Shown piece by piece: positions 10,752 through 18,354 of a DNA stretch of 64,000 bases. This stretch comes from an uncultured virus (IMG/VR IMGVR_UViG_3300048018_000259) (taxonomy: Duplodnaviria; Heunggongvirae; Uroviricota; Caudoviricetes; Crassvirales), in IMG/VR virus record IMGVR_UViG_3300048018_000259, one strand, 5' to 3'. Under the pieces are notes generated by a model. That model was not told where the DNA came from, did no database searches, and saw only the letters and a list, made by a program, of their open reading frames with translations. Both the position numbers and the translations under genes were made by a program. Each line of letters begins with the position of its first letter. Position 1 is the stretch's first letter.

Positions 10752-10949
10752 ATGACACTACAAGAACTAACTACATTCGACAGAGTATTTCAGAACTATC
10801 TAAACGATAACGACCACGATGAGGAAGCTAGAGACTTGTACATTGAGACGATGGAAGCTCACACTACTCATCTCGAAGTATGGAACGATATCTTTGACTT
10901 CCCAACACTGAAGGACTACGACGAACCGGTTCCTCCTTGTATGAGATGA
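10752..10949 (+). CDS. Early hypothetical acidic protein (65 aa)
   Basis: ORF directly after the class 1 motif. Confidence 0.65.
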   Translation: MTLQELTTFDRVFQNYLNDNDHDEEARDLYIETMEAHTTHLEVWNDIFDFPTLKDYDEPVPPCMR

Positions 10950-11154
10950 CGTAATGTCGTATGTCATACTGTCACTGACACATTGTCATGACACAACACA
11001 TTAACTATAAATTAAACTAATAAACAATTATACACCTATAAACAAAAACTATTATGAGAAAATTCACACACACATTACTATTAAAATTTACACAACTAAA
11101 AACATTTATTAAGAATATTGAAATCGAAGGAATAAGTGAAACAACTTGGAGATA

Positions 11155-11196
11155 GTACAAACAAAATACGACTAACCACGGATAATAATAATATAA
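11155..11196 (+). promoter_or_regulatory. Putative early promoter, class 1 copy 2
   Basis: GTACAA-N5-ATACGA-N7-CGGATAAT-N5-TATAA. Confidence 0.75.
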
Positions 11197-11206
11197 ATAA
11201 ATAACT

Positions 11207-11341
11207 ATGCAATACATACTAACTTGTCAAAACGGTAAACAAATCGATATGTCTCACTACATATTACTTCAACTCGAAGGCGAGATAACTAGAAGCGACG
11301 TACTACAAAGAATAGAATACTATAAGTCTACTAATCTTTAA
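11207..11341 (+). CDS. Early hypothetical protein (44 aa)
   Basis: MQYILTCQNGKQIDMSHY...; AATAACT-ATG start context. Confidence 0.6.
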   Translation: MQYILTCQNGKQIDMSHYILLQLEGEITRSDVLQRIEYYKSTNL

Positions 11342-11391
11342 CAACCAATGGTGACTATCCGAACCAGATTGATACACAAACTGGATAGACA

Positions 11392-11432
11392 AGACATAAT
11401 GGTTGATGTGAGTTCGATTCTCACGATGTCTA
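11392..11432 (+). ncRNA. tRNA minihelix-like element (acceptor stem plus T arm only)
   Basis: AGACAT/ATGTCT stem, perfect T arm GTGAG-TTCGATT-CTCAC, ends A-CTA like the other two RNAs. Confidence 0.55.
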
Positions 11433-11448
11433 CTAAACTTTAATAACT

Positions 11449-11649
11449 ATGACTGAAAAATTCACAGACTATCCAGCTGAGCAAATAAAAGCTAAGCTAA
11501 AACAAATTGACGAGTTCGAAGCTAAGTACGGTCCTAAAGCTACAAGTAAATCTTGGCGCAAATGGTGTACTGACTACAACTACAGAAAACAAGAGTGGCA
11601 ATTTAGACAAAACCTTGCTAAAAGTATGGACTTAAATAAAGTATACTAA
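11449..11649 (+). CDS. Early hypothetical protein (66 aa)
   Basis: ORF with AATAACT-ATG context. Confidence 0.65.
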   Translation: MTEKFTDYPAEQIKAKLKQIDEFEAKYGPKATSKSWRKWCTDYNYRKQEWQFRQNLAKSMDLNKVY

Positions 11650-11810
11650 TGGAAGTAATGATTTTAAATGGTAGAAGATACCTTATCAATACTCAAGTAA
11701 CCGACGGCGGCGACTACCAATGCGAACACTTATTGAAACAATTCCCAGATGATGTTGAAATTGACTGGGACGAAGTAAAGTTATCAGATTTTACAAACAA
11801 GATACGATAA
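11649..11810 (+). CDS. Early hypothetical protein (53 aa)
   Basis: TAATG-coupled ORF MEVMILNGRRY... Confidence 0.55.
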   Translation: MEVMILNGRRYLINTQVTDGGDYQCEHLLKQFPDDVEIDWDEVKLSDFTNKIR

Positions 11811-11832
11811 CAACTGGATAATAACAATGTAA
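11791..11832 (+). promoter_or_regulatory. Putative early promoter, class 1 copy 3
   Basis: TTACAA-N5-ATACGA-N7-TGGATAAT-N5-TGTAA. Confidence 0.75.
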
Positions 11833-11850
11833 CTAATAAATAATAATACT

Positions 11851-12024
11851 ATGCAAAAATTCAAACAACTTAACTCATCAACTATTATCTTAGCCGGTAA
11901 AATATTTAAAGGCTATACAGTTGGCGACTTACCAAAAACATTTGGCTTTATATACAATGAAGACAAAGAACAAGACGGAATCACACAATGGTTCAATTAC
12001 AAAGGCTTAACTTATATTTCTTAA
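11851..12024 (+). CDS. Early hypothetical protein (57 aa)
   Basis: MQKFKQLNSS...; follows the promoter motif. Confidence 0.6.
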   Translation: MQKFKQLNSSTIILAGKIFKGYTVGDLPKTFGFIYNEDKEQDGITQWFNYKGLTYIS

Positions 12025-12025
12025 T

Positions 12026-12232
12026 ATGACTATGAAAGAAGCTTGTAACTATGTAAAACAAGAACAACAAAAACGTGGTCGCGAGCATAGGCGTGCCCAC
12101 TCCCATGAGAAGTGTAGCGGACTGACAGACATTGAGTACAATGCGGTGGTTACACGTCAAAAAAGTACTTTTGCTAAGGGCAAATCATATGCTTACACTT
12201 CAAGATGGCGAGCATTTACTGAAACACTTTAA
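12026..12232 (+). CDS. Early hypothetical basic protein (68 aa)
   Basis: ORF track; tight packing. Confidence 0.6.
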   Translation: MTMKEACNYVKQEQQKRGREHRRAHSHEKCSGLTDIEYNAVVTRQKSTFAKGKSYAYTSRWRAFTETL

Positions 12233-12241
12233 ATTATAACT

Positions 12242-12421
12242 ATGAGTAAAATGAAACAACTAGACGAAATTGCACAAGGTATTGCAGACGTCACAAAAGA
12301 ACTAATGTACGATTCAATTGACTGGCAACTGTCAGACTATAATCTAGATGGCGATGAATACAACCATATTCATTCCCAAGTAATGAAACTTGCGATTGAA
12401 AAAATGTATTTACAAATGTAA
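12242..12421 (+). CDS. Early hypothetical protein (59 aa)
   Basis: MSKMKQLDEIAQGIAD...; ATAACT-ATG context. Confidence 0.6.
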   Translation: MSKMKQLDEIAQGIADVTKELMYDSIDWQLSDYNLDGDEYNHIHSQVMKLAIEKMYLQM

Positions 12422-12451
12422 TACGAACGCAATCGGATAATATAAATGTAA
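12410..12451 (+). promoter_or_regulatory. Putative early promoter, class 1 copy 4
   Basis: TTACAA-N5-ATACGA-N7-CGGATAAT-N5-TGTAA. Confidence 0.75.
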
Positions 12452-12470
12452 CTAATAAAATAAATAAACT

Positions 12471-12659
12471 ATGTATTGTAAATGCGGAAAAAAAGTACAT
12501 CCTGTACGAATTGAACTAGGCTATAAAACTTGTATGCCATGTAGCACAACCCAAACCTATTCATATGTTCCAATCATTGAACATAAAACCGGAAATACAA
12601 TACAAATCGTCAGCCAAGAAGTCAGTGCATCTGTTCACCGTGCTTGGAGACGCAAGTAG
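12471..12659 (+). CDS. C4 zinc-finger protein, DksA/TraR-finger-like (62 aa)
   Basis: CKCG...HPVRIELG...CMPC. Confidence 0.6.
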   Translation: MYCKCGKKVHPVRIELGYKTCMPCSTTQTYSYVPIIEHKTGNTIQIVSQEVSASVHRAWRRK

Positions 12660-12741
12660 CTAGACGAGTAACTTAATTAGGTAAGAAATAGGAAACAACA
12701 GTTACACTAACTTACACATAAGTGAATTGCTAGCTACTAAC

Positions 12742-12819
12742 GGGGGTGACCTGGTATTGACGCGATAGAAAGCCTATATGGAACTATTGCGGAAGACAGT
12801 TCGATTCTGTCCACCTCCA
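12742..12819 (+). ncRNA. Minimal tmRNA-like RNA (tRNA-like domain only)
   Basis: Acceptor GGGGGTG/CACCTCC with G3:U70 and discriminator A; stemless D loop ending TTGAC; helix GCGATAG/CTATTGC; T arm GACAG-TTCGATT-CTGTC. Confidence 0.8.
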
Positions 12820-12834
12820 CTAAAAAATAATAAT

Positions 12835-13092
12835 ATGAATAAAAATTACAACGGCTGGACAAACTATGCCACTTGGCGAGTAAACTTAGAAATACTTGGC
12901 GACATTGAATTTGAAGAACAAGTTTCTGCAGATTATTTAAAAGATTTAACTGAAGAATGCGTTTTTGAAGGCGGAGCAACTCAAAGAATAGCTGATGACT
13001 ACGCACAAGCTTTCCTTTCTGATGTTAATTACTACGAAATTGCTAACCATATCAACGACGATATTAAATTACAAGCAGAATACGACAACTAA
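12835..13092 (+). CDS. Early hypothetical protein, YNGWTNYATW family (85 aa)
   Basis: Start moved to 12835 because the longer ORF overlaps the RNA gene; N-terminal motif common in phage early proteins. Confidence 0.7.
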   Translation: MNKNYNGWTNYATWRVNLEILGDIEFEEQVSADYLKDLTEECVFEGGATQRIADDYAQAFLSDVNYYEIANHINDDIKLQAEYDN

Positions 13093-13110
13093 CGGATAAT
13101 ATTAATGTAA
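13069..13110 (+). promoter_or_regulatory. Putative early promoter, class 1 copy 5
   Basis: TTACAA-N5-ATACGA-N7-CGGATAAT-N5-TGTAA. Confidence 0.75.
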
Positions 13111-13123
13111 CAAATAAAAAACT

Positions 13124-13333
13124 ATGAAAAAAACACTTTACGAAAGAATGAAACCAGAATTTAAACTAAGTGTAGCTAAAAGCTACGAAGGCAGACCACA
13201 CTCTCATGCGGCATTAATTAAAATGCTAAGCGAAACTAGCTATTTCACAGCCGTACCTTACGGCGATGCCTTTGACATTATGAATACATGCGAAATCGAC
13301 TTCCTTGGCGACGCATTTAAAACCTGGGATTAA
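13124..13333 (+). CDS. Early hypothetical protein (69 aa)
   Basis: ORF after the promoter motif. Confidence 0.65.
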   Translation: MKKTLYERMKPEFKLSVAKSYEGRPHSHAALIKMLSETSYFTAVPYGDAFDIMNTCEIDFLGDAFKTWD

Positions 13334-13557
13334 TGGTAATGTGTGAATGGACACTTGCAGATGTTAAGAACAGAGCAAGCAACAAGGCTTTTGCTAAAGT
13401 TACAATGCTAAAACTAGACATTGATGACTACAAGCGAAGCTTAATTGACGGAACTTATGGCGGAATCACTTACGAAGAAGCCGAACAAGTACTTGAAGGC
13501 TACAAAACAGAGCTAAAAGTATGGAATTATATAACAGAATTAATCGAAAAACAATAA
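13333..13557 (+). CDS. Early hypothetical protein (74 aa)
   Basis: TAATG-coupled ORF. Confidence 0.6.
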   Translation: MVMCEWTLADVKNRASNKAFAKVTMLKLDIDDYKRSLIDGTYGGITYEEAEQVLEGYKTELKVWNYITELIEKQ

Positions 13558-13559
13558 TA

Positions 13560-14009
13560 ATGAGTAAAAAACTAATAACAGATGAACTTATCGAACAAAA
13601 AATGATAAGCTATGGCTTCGGCGAAACAGATTCTCACGACGAAGAGTATGTAAGAAAACTAATATTGGAGCATTATGATGCTGAACTAACAGATCAGTGG
13701 CAACAAAATTGCGACTATTACATTTATGAAGAATCTACAGCCGATGGCTACAGTGTATTTGTGGCTTGCTACGACACTAGGTCTATATGTGTTAATGAAG
13801 ATATACACTATTACGATAGCGAACTAAGCGACAGACTGCAAGATGCCATTAAAGACGGCGGCGAAATATATGTTGACGACTATCATCAAGATTTTATTGA
13901 TGACGCTATACAAGAATTATATATTATGCTTGCTGAAAGATTTCACGAACAAGCAATTGACGAGCTTGAAGACGAAGGTTACAAGCAAAATACGGTTGAA
14001 GCCGGATAA
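13560..14009 (+). CDS. Highly acidic early protein (149 aa)
   Basis: Likely start MSKKLITD at 13560; very D/E-rich. Confidence 0.7.
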   Translation: MSKKLITDELIEQKMISYGFGETDSHDEEYVRKLILEHYDAELTDQWQQNCDYYIYEESTADGYSVFVACYDTRSICVNEDIHYYDSELSDRLQDAIKDGGEIYVDDYHQDFIDDAIQELYIMLAERFHEQAIDELEDEGYKQNTVEAG

Positions 14010-14020
14010 TATATATGTAA
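13979..14020 (+). promoter_or_regulatory. Putative early promoter, class 1 copy 6
   Basis: TTACAA-N5-ATACGG-N7-CGGATAAT-N5-TGTAA, ending 3 nt before the tRNA. Confidence 0.75.
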
Positions 14021-14023
14021 AAC

Positions 14024-14096
14024 AGCGCTGTAGAGCAGTGGCCAGCTCGTTGGGCTCATAATCCAAAGGTCGTCGGTTCGAATCCGGCCAGCGCAA
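14024..14096 (+). tRNA. tRNA-Met(CAT), initiator type
   Basis: Cloverleaf; anticodon loop CTCATAA; unpaired 1:72; GGG in the anticodon stem; T arm GTCGG-TTCGAAT-CCGGC; CCA not encoded. Confidence 0.9.
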
Positions 14097-14117
14097 CTAA
14101 CTTTAAATTTAATAACT

Positions 14118-14348
14118 ATGAACAGATTAATTTTACCAATGCAATCCGTAGAAGTAAACTCAACTGCAATTGACACTGCAGAATATGAGTACGACAGCTA
14201 CAGACTGCGACTAACCTTTAAGAATGGCGATGCTTATGATTACACGAAAGTTCCAAACTTTGTATTCGAAGGCTTAAGAACATCTCAATCTAAAGGTAAA
14301 TTCATCAACAAACACGTTTTGTCAACTTACAAATTTAAAAAAGCGTAA
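14118..14348 (+). CDS. KTSC domain protein
   Basis: VNSTAI...Y....L.LTFKNG..Y.Y..VP..VF..L....SKGKFIN pattern. Confidence 0.85.
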   Translation: MNRLILPMQSVEVNSTAIDTAEYEYDSYRLRLTFKNGDAYDYTKVPNFVFEGLRTSQSKGKFINKHVLSTYKFKKA

Positions 14349-14627
14349 ATGACTGAAAGTGAGATGAATAAGCTAGCTGATTTGGTGGTTAGTAAAATTA
14401 TTAACCGCCAAAAAGCTTACGACGAAGAGTTCAAAGCTGAAATACAGGGTATGGTTGACGACAACGAAAACTTAGAATTCGGTACAATAACTGAAGATGA
14501 GATTATCGCTGACGAACTAATCAAACTTAAAAACAGGCTTGACCAACTCGAAGAAAACGAAGACTACGAAGCAGCAAGAATAGTTGCTAACAAAATTAAA
14601 CACTTAAAAAACAAATACAATTTATGA
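14349..14627 (+). CDS. Protein with C-terminal UVR (UvrB/C)-like coiled coil
   Basis: LDQLEENEDYEAARIVANKI. Confidence 0.6.
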   Translation: MTESEMNKLADLVVSKIINRQKAYDEEFKAEIQGMVDDNENLEFGTITEDEIIADELIKLKNRLDQLEENEDYEAARIVANKIKHLKNKYNL

Positions 14628-15454
14628 TTAAACCAATGCTAGCACAAAAAGTTAATACAAAACCTATTGACTGGACTAAAAAAGTCTTTGTGCAACCTAA
14701 GCTTGACGGTGTACGCTGTATCTTTACTAAAGATGGCGCTTACTCACGTACAGGCAAACAATTCAAAAATGTTGATCACTTACAAAATGATTTACAGAAT
14801 TTCTTTACAAAGTTTCCTGAAATTGTTCTCGACGGCGAGCTTTACAATCACGATTTAAAGCACGATTTCGAAAAGATTATATCATTAGTCAGAAAACAAA
14901 AACCGACTGAACAGGATCGCTCTGAAGCATCTGATTTAGTACAGTTTCACGTTTACGACGTTATTACTGAACCTAATTTTACTTATGAATTCAGATACAA
15001 TATGCTTAGATTACAATTGCCTATTGTAACGTCTATGACACTTGTTAAAAACACACTTGTTGAAAGTTATGATGAAGCTGAAATGCTACACAAAGTACAT
15101 CTAGCCCAAGGCTACGAAGGCTCTATCTTGCGTCTTAACGAACCTTACGAGCAAAAACGTTCTTACAACTTACAAAAGTTTAAAGATTTTAGCGACACCG
15201 AAGCTACCATTGTTGGCTATGAAGCTGGCAAAGGCAAGTTTGAAGGTCTTATCGGCAAATTCTTAATGCAAGATGATGACGGTAACAAATTCGGTTGCCC
15301 TATCGGTAAAGGCTATGATTTTGCAGCTAGAAAAAATATACTAAATAACATTCACGATTACATGGGTAAACGTGCTACATTTACTTACTTTCAACGTACA
15401 AATGCTGGCAGCTACAGACACCCATTGTTTAAAACAATTAGAAACTATGAGTAA
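14624..15454 (+). CDS. ATP-dependent DNA ligase
   Basis: Motifs QPKLDGVR, LDGELY, GYEGSILR, KFKDF and C-terminal OB fold (YRHP). Confidence 0.93.
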   Translation: MIKPMLAQKVNTKPIDWTKKVFVQPKLDGVRCIFTKDGAYSRTGKQFKNVDHLQNDLQNFFTKFPEIVLDGELYNHDLKHDFEKIISLVRKQKPTEQDRSEASDLVQFHVYDVITEPNFTYEFRYNMLRLQLPIVTSMTLVKNTLVESYDEAEMLHKVHLAQGYEGSILRLNEPYEQKRSYNLQKFKDFSDTEATIVGYEAGKGKFEGLIGKFLMQDDDGNKFGCPIGKGYDFAARKNILNNIHDYMGKRATFTYFQRTNAGSYRHPLFKTIRNYE

Positions 15455-15547
15455 ACTAATATGGAAATTATATAATGATAACATGATAAGTGAAGAGGTT
15501 GTACATCAACTTCTTGACTGTCATTATAACAGGATTAATAACAAATA

Positions 15548-15591
15548 GCGACACTAGCTATTATAATATAATAATAACAAGCTTATGTCAC
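15548..15591. repeat. Inverted repeat around an AT-rich core, overlapping the start codon at 15585
   Basis: GCGACACTAG-N24-CTTATGTCAC. Confidence 0.55.
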
Positions 15592-16205
15592 ACACCAGAA
15601 ACCTTGATTATCTAGTCAAGAGACGTATTATTTATCGTAGGTCGCCCCTAAACGATCAGCCAACTGAGGTTTTTGATTGGGGTGATTACTACGAAAATGG
15701 TACACACGAATGCTACGAATTGTTTCGAAGTAAAGCTAAAATAACAACGTTTAAGTCACTTAAATGGCACATGTATGTGTTATGGTACTTAAATCCACAG
15801 ATGGACCCAGACGAGTTCGAAAGCTTAGCTAAGTATATATGTAATAAGCGAACAGGTTTTATTACATTTACACCTAGTAATGCTGTGGTTAACTCTATAA
15901 TCTATGATGTTAGCATGATGGATTTAGAAAAGCCACCACCAAACAAGTTGCGTAAAATTATATTTAAAGAGTTCAGCGGTTTAACAACTGAAGAAAAATT
16001 TAAAATAGTTGGCACTATGGTTGGCCGATCAAAGTCTGTTACAGAATCTGACATATACCAATGTATGTTAGAATTGCATGACGAAAACAGACCAATAACT
16101 ATTATGGGTCTATCTAGGATATTAGGTTGTTCTCCGCGTACTATACACAGAAACATGAGTATGGAACTTAAAAAAGAAAAAGAACTTTTAAACAAAGAGA
16201 TATGA
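15585..16205 (+). CDS. DNA-binding protein with C-terminal HTH (candidate replication initiator or regulator)
   Basis: ITIMGLSRILGCSPRTIHRN HTH. Confidence 0.6.
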   Translation: MSHTRNLDYLVKRRIIYRRSPLNDQPTEVFDWGDYYENGTHECYELFRSKAKITTFKSLKWHMYVLWYLNPQMDPDEFESLAKYICNKRTGFITFTPSNAVVNSIIYDVSMMDLEKPPPNKLRKIIFKEFSGLTTEEKFKIVGTMVGRSKSVTESDIYQCMLELHDENRPITIMGLSRILGCSPRTIHRNMSMELKKEKELLNKEI

Positions 16206-16298
16206 AACTAGACTTTAATGAATGGATGGCAAGTATAAAAAATATATATTATGCCGACAATGAAAAAATGTTAAATGCTTTTGAAAAACTAGAGGAAG

Positions 16299-17054
16299 AT
16301 GAAGAAGTATAATGTATCAAACTACGTAAGGTATAAAGAAGATTTAAAAGCATCTATGCCTGACGACAGTAATTATTCTAGTTACACCAGAGATGAGCTT
16401 ATTATTAAGTTTATGCCACTTGTAGAAAACTTAGCACGGAAGTTCTCTACAACACAGCAAGCCTCTGGTGTATTAAGTATTAACGATTTATTACAAATCG
16501 GTAATGAAGGCTTGATTAGAGCTGTAGATAAGCTTGATTGGGAAATGCTAGAAGACTCTGATGATATTGAAAAGACTTTAAAATCTTTTCTTAGCAAAAG
16601 AATCAAAGGCAACATTAGACGTAGGATTGATATGATGCGCGGCGATATAAGAATACCTGAACATAAACTAAATGAAATACGTAACAATCCTAATGACAAG
16701 AAAATGGTTGCTATGTTTTTTAACAGTGTATTTTTAAGTATTGACGCACAGGTAACAAACGATGACGATGAAAATCTTTTGTACCAAGTGCCTGATAAAT
16801 CAGAACCTTATAACATACAATTAATGAATGTATATTTGAAAGGTTTAATGGAAAAGCATCTATCAGGTAATGAATATGAAGTGTTGAGATTGTCGTACGG
16901 TTTAGACTGTGACAAGCACTCAGCTAAAGAAATTGCAAGCATCTTAAATATACAAGGTGTGAGCTCTTATGTAAGAGTATCGGAGCTTAAAAAGCAAGCG
17001 GTACAAAAACTAATTGATAATGTAGATCAGACGCAAGTACTTGATATATTATAG
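16299..17054 (+). CDS. Sigma70-family RNA polymerase sigma factor
   Basis: Region 2 (LIIKFMPLVENLARKF...DLLQIGNEGLIRAVDK), IRIP, and region 4 (LSGNEYEVLRLSYGL...KEIA...RVSELKKQAVQKL). Confidence 0.92.
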   Translation: MKKYNVSNYVRYKEDLKASMPDDSNYSSYTRDELIIKFMPLVENLARKFSTTQQASGVLSINDLLQIGNEGLIRAVDKLDWEMLEDSDDIEKTLKSFLSKRIKGNIRRRIDMMRGDIRIPEHKLNEIRNNPNDKKMVAMFFNSVFLSIDAQVTNDDDENLLYQVPDKSEPYNIQLMNVYLKGLMEKHLSGNEYEVLRLSYGLDCDKHSAKEIASILNIQGVSSYVRVSELKKQAVQKLIDNVDQTQVLDIL

Positions 17055-17062
17055 ATTAGACA

Positions 17063-17091
17063 GTAAATCAATAACTAAATATGTAATTATA
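17063..17091 (+). promoter_or_regulatory. Putative middle/late promoter (class 2 motif)
   Basis: GTAAAT-N14-GTAATTATA between the sigma gene and ERF. Confidence 0.6.
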
Positions 17092-17096
17092 TTATT

Positions 17097-17621
17097 ATGA
17101 CCATAAACGAAAAGTTAGCAACAATTCAGACAAAGTTTAAATCGAAAAAAAGTAGATTTAACTCCTTCGGCAAGTATAACTTCCGGTCAGCCGAAGACAT
17201 CCTAGAAGCTACAAAACCCTTTCTCTTAGAGTTAGGAGTCTCAGTAACAATCAACGAAACACTAAGCGAAGTTGCAGGATTACCTATAATGGAATCTACA
17301 GCTACAGTAAGTGACGGTGAGCATGCAATAACTGCTACATCAATCGTTGGCGTTGACTTAAATCAAAAGGGTATGAATGTACCTCAACAATTTGGTTCAG
17401 CGTCGTCTTATGCTAAAAAATATGCGTTAGGCAATTTGTTCTTAATTGATGACACAGCAGACAGTGATGCAACGAACAACCACGGAAGAGGCAATACCGC
17501 AAAGCCTAAATTAGAAGGAGCGGCATTAACAAAAGCTAAAGCTTTTATCAAATCAGGTGGCACAGTGGACGCTATTAAAAAGAAATATGACGTTCCGGCT
17601 GGTGTATTAAATACTTTATAA
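17097..17621 (+). CDS. ERF-family single-strand annealing protein
   Basis: YNFRSAEDIL...QQFGSASSYAKKYALGNLFLID...DSD. Confidence 0.9.
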   Translation: MTINEKLATIQTKFKSKKSRFNSFGKYNFRSAEDILEATKPFLLELGVSVTINETLSEVAGLPIMESTATVSDGEHAITATSIVGVDLNQKGMNVPQQFGSASSYAKKYALGNLFLIDDTADSDATNNHGRGNTAKPKLEGAALTKAKAFIKSGGTVDAIKKKYDVPAGVLNTL

Positions 17622-18352
17622 TGAAAAGAAAAGAAGAGTTAAATAAGTTGAAAAGCGATGAGCATTACTACGGTAAGTTTGGAAAGCAGTTTCTAAGCAA
17701 CTCAGACATTTCAACGTTATTAACAAATCCTTTAGCGCTTGGCAAACCAATGAAGCCTATCCCAGCATTTTTAGTTGGTGGTTACTTTCACACAGCCATT
17801 CTTGAGCCTCACAAACTTAAAAGCTTTAAGATTGTAGAAGCTACAACAAGGAATACAAAAGCGTACAAAGAGATCTCAAATGGAGAGCTATGTTTATTAC
17901 AACACGAAGTAGATCAAACTGAATTGCTTGTAGACAAAATGATGTCAAACAGCATATGCAAAAGTTTAATCCGTGGTGAAAATGTAGAATATGAAGTACC
18001 TGGCATTGCAGAGATATTTGGAAATCAATGGAAAGGTAAAGCTGATATTATAAATCACGATGAGAAATTAATTATTGATTTAAAAACTACAGCTGACATT
18101 TCAAAATTCAAATACTCAGCTTCAAAGTACAATTATAACAGTCAAGCTTACATATATCAAAAGCTGTTTGGTTATGAAATGATCTTTATGGTTATTGATA
18201 AGAACACACATCAAATTGGCATATATGATTGCTCTGATAAGTTTTTATCATTCGGTGAAGACAAAGTACAAGAAGCAAGCGAAGCTTACAATTTATTTTT
18301 TAAGAATCCGGACTTTAAACCGGAAAATCATTTTATTAACAAAACCCTATAA
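17621..18352 (+). CDS. PD-(D/E)XK exonuclease (exonuclease VIII/RecE-like)
   Basis: G.YFHTAILEP, KGKAD, IIDLKTT, YNSQAYIY. Confidence 0.85.
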   Translation: MKRKEELNKLKSDEHYYGKFGKQFLSNSDISTLLTNPLALGKPMKPIPAFLVGGYFHTAILEPHKLKSFKIVEATTRNTKAYKEISNGELCLLQHEVDQTELLVDKMMSNSICKSLIRGENVEYEVPGIAEIFGNQWKGKADIINHDEKLIIDLKTTADISKFKYSASKYNYNSQAYIYQKLFGYEMIFMVIDKNTHQIGIYDCSDKFLSFGEDKVQEASEAYNLFFKNPDFKPENHFINKTL

Positions 18353-18354
18353 TT

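Noticed and set aside
12778..12834. 5' extension of the 12778-13092 ORF as a tmRNA tag reading frame
   Set aside because: It runs through the T arm and acceptor stem, so it cannot be an internal tag ORF; 12835 has the better start context
10695..14020. Repeated 42-bp motif as a CRISPR array
   Set aside because: Copies are 460-910 bp apart, separated by genes and internally degenerate, and no cas genes are present
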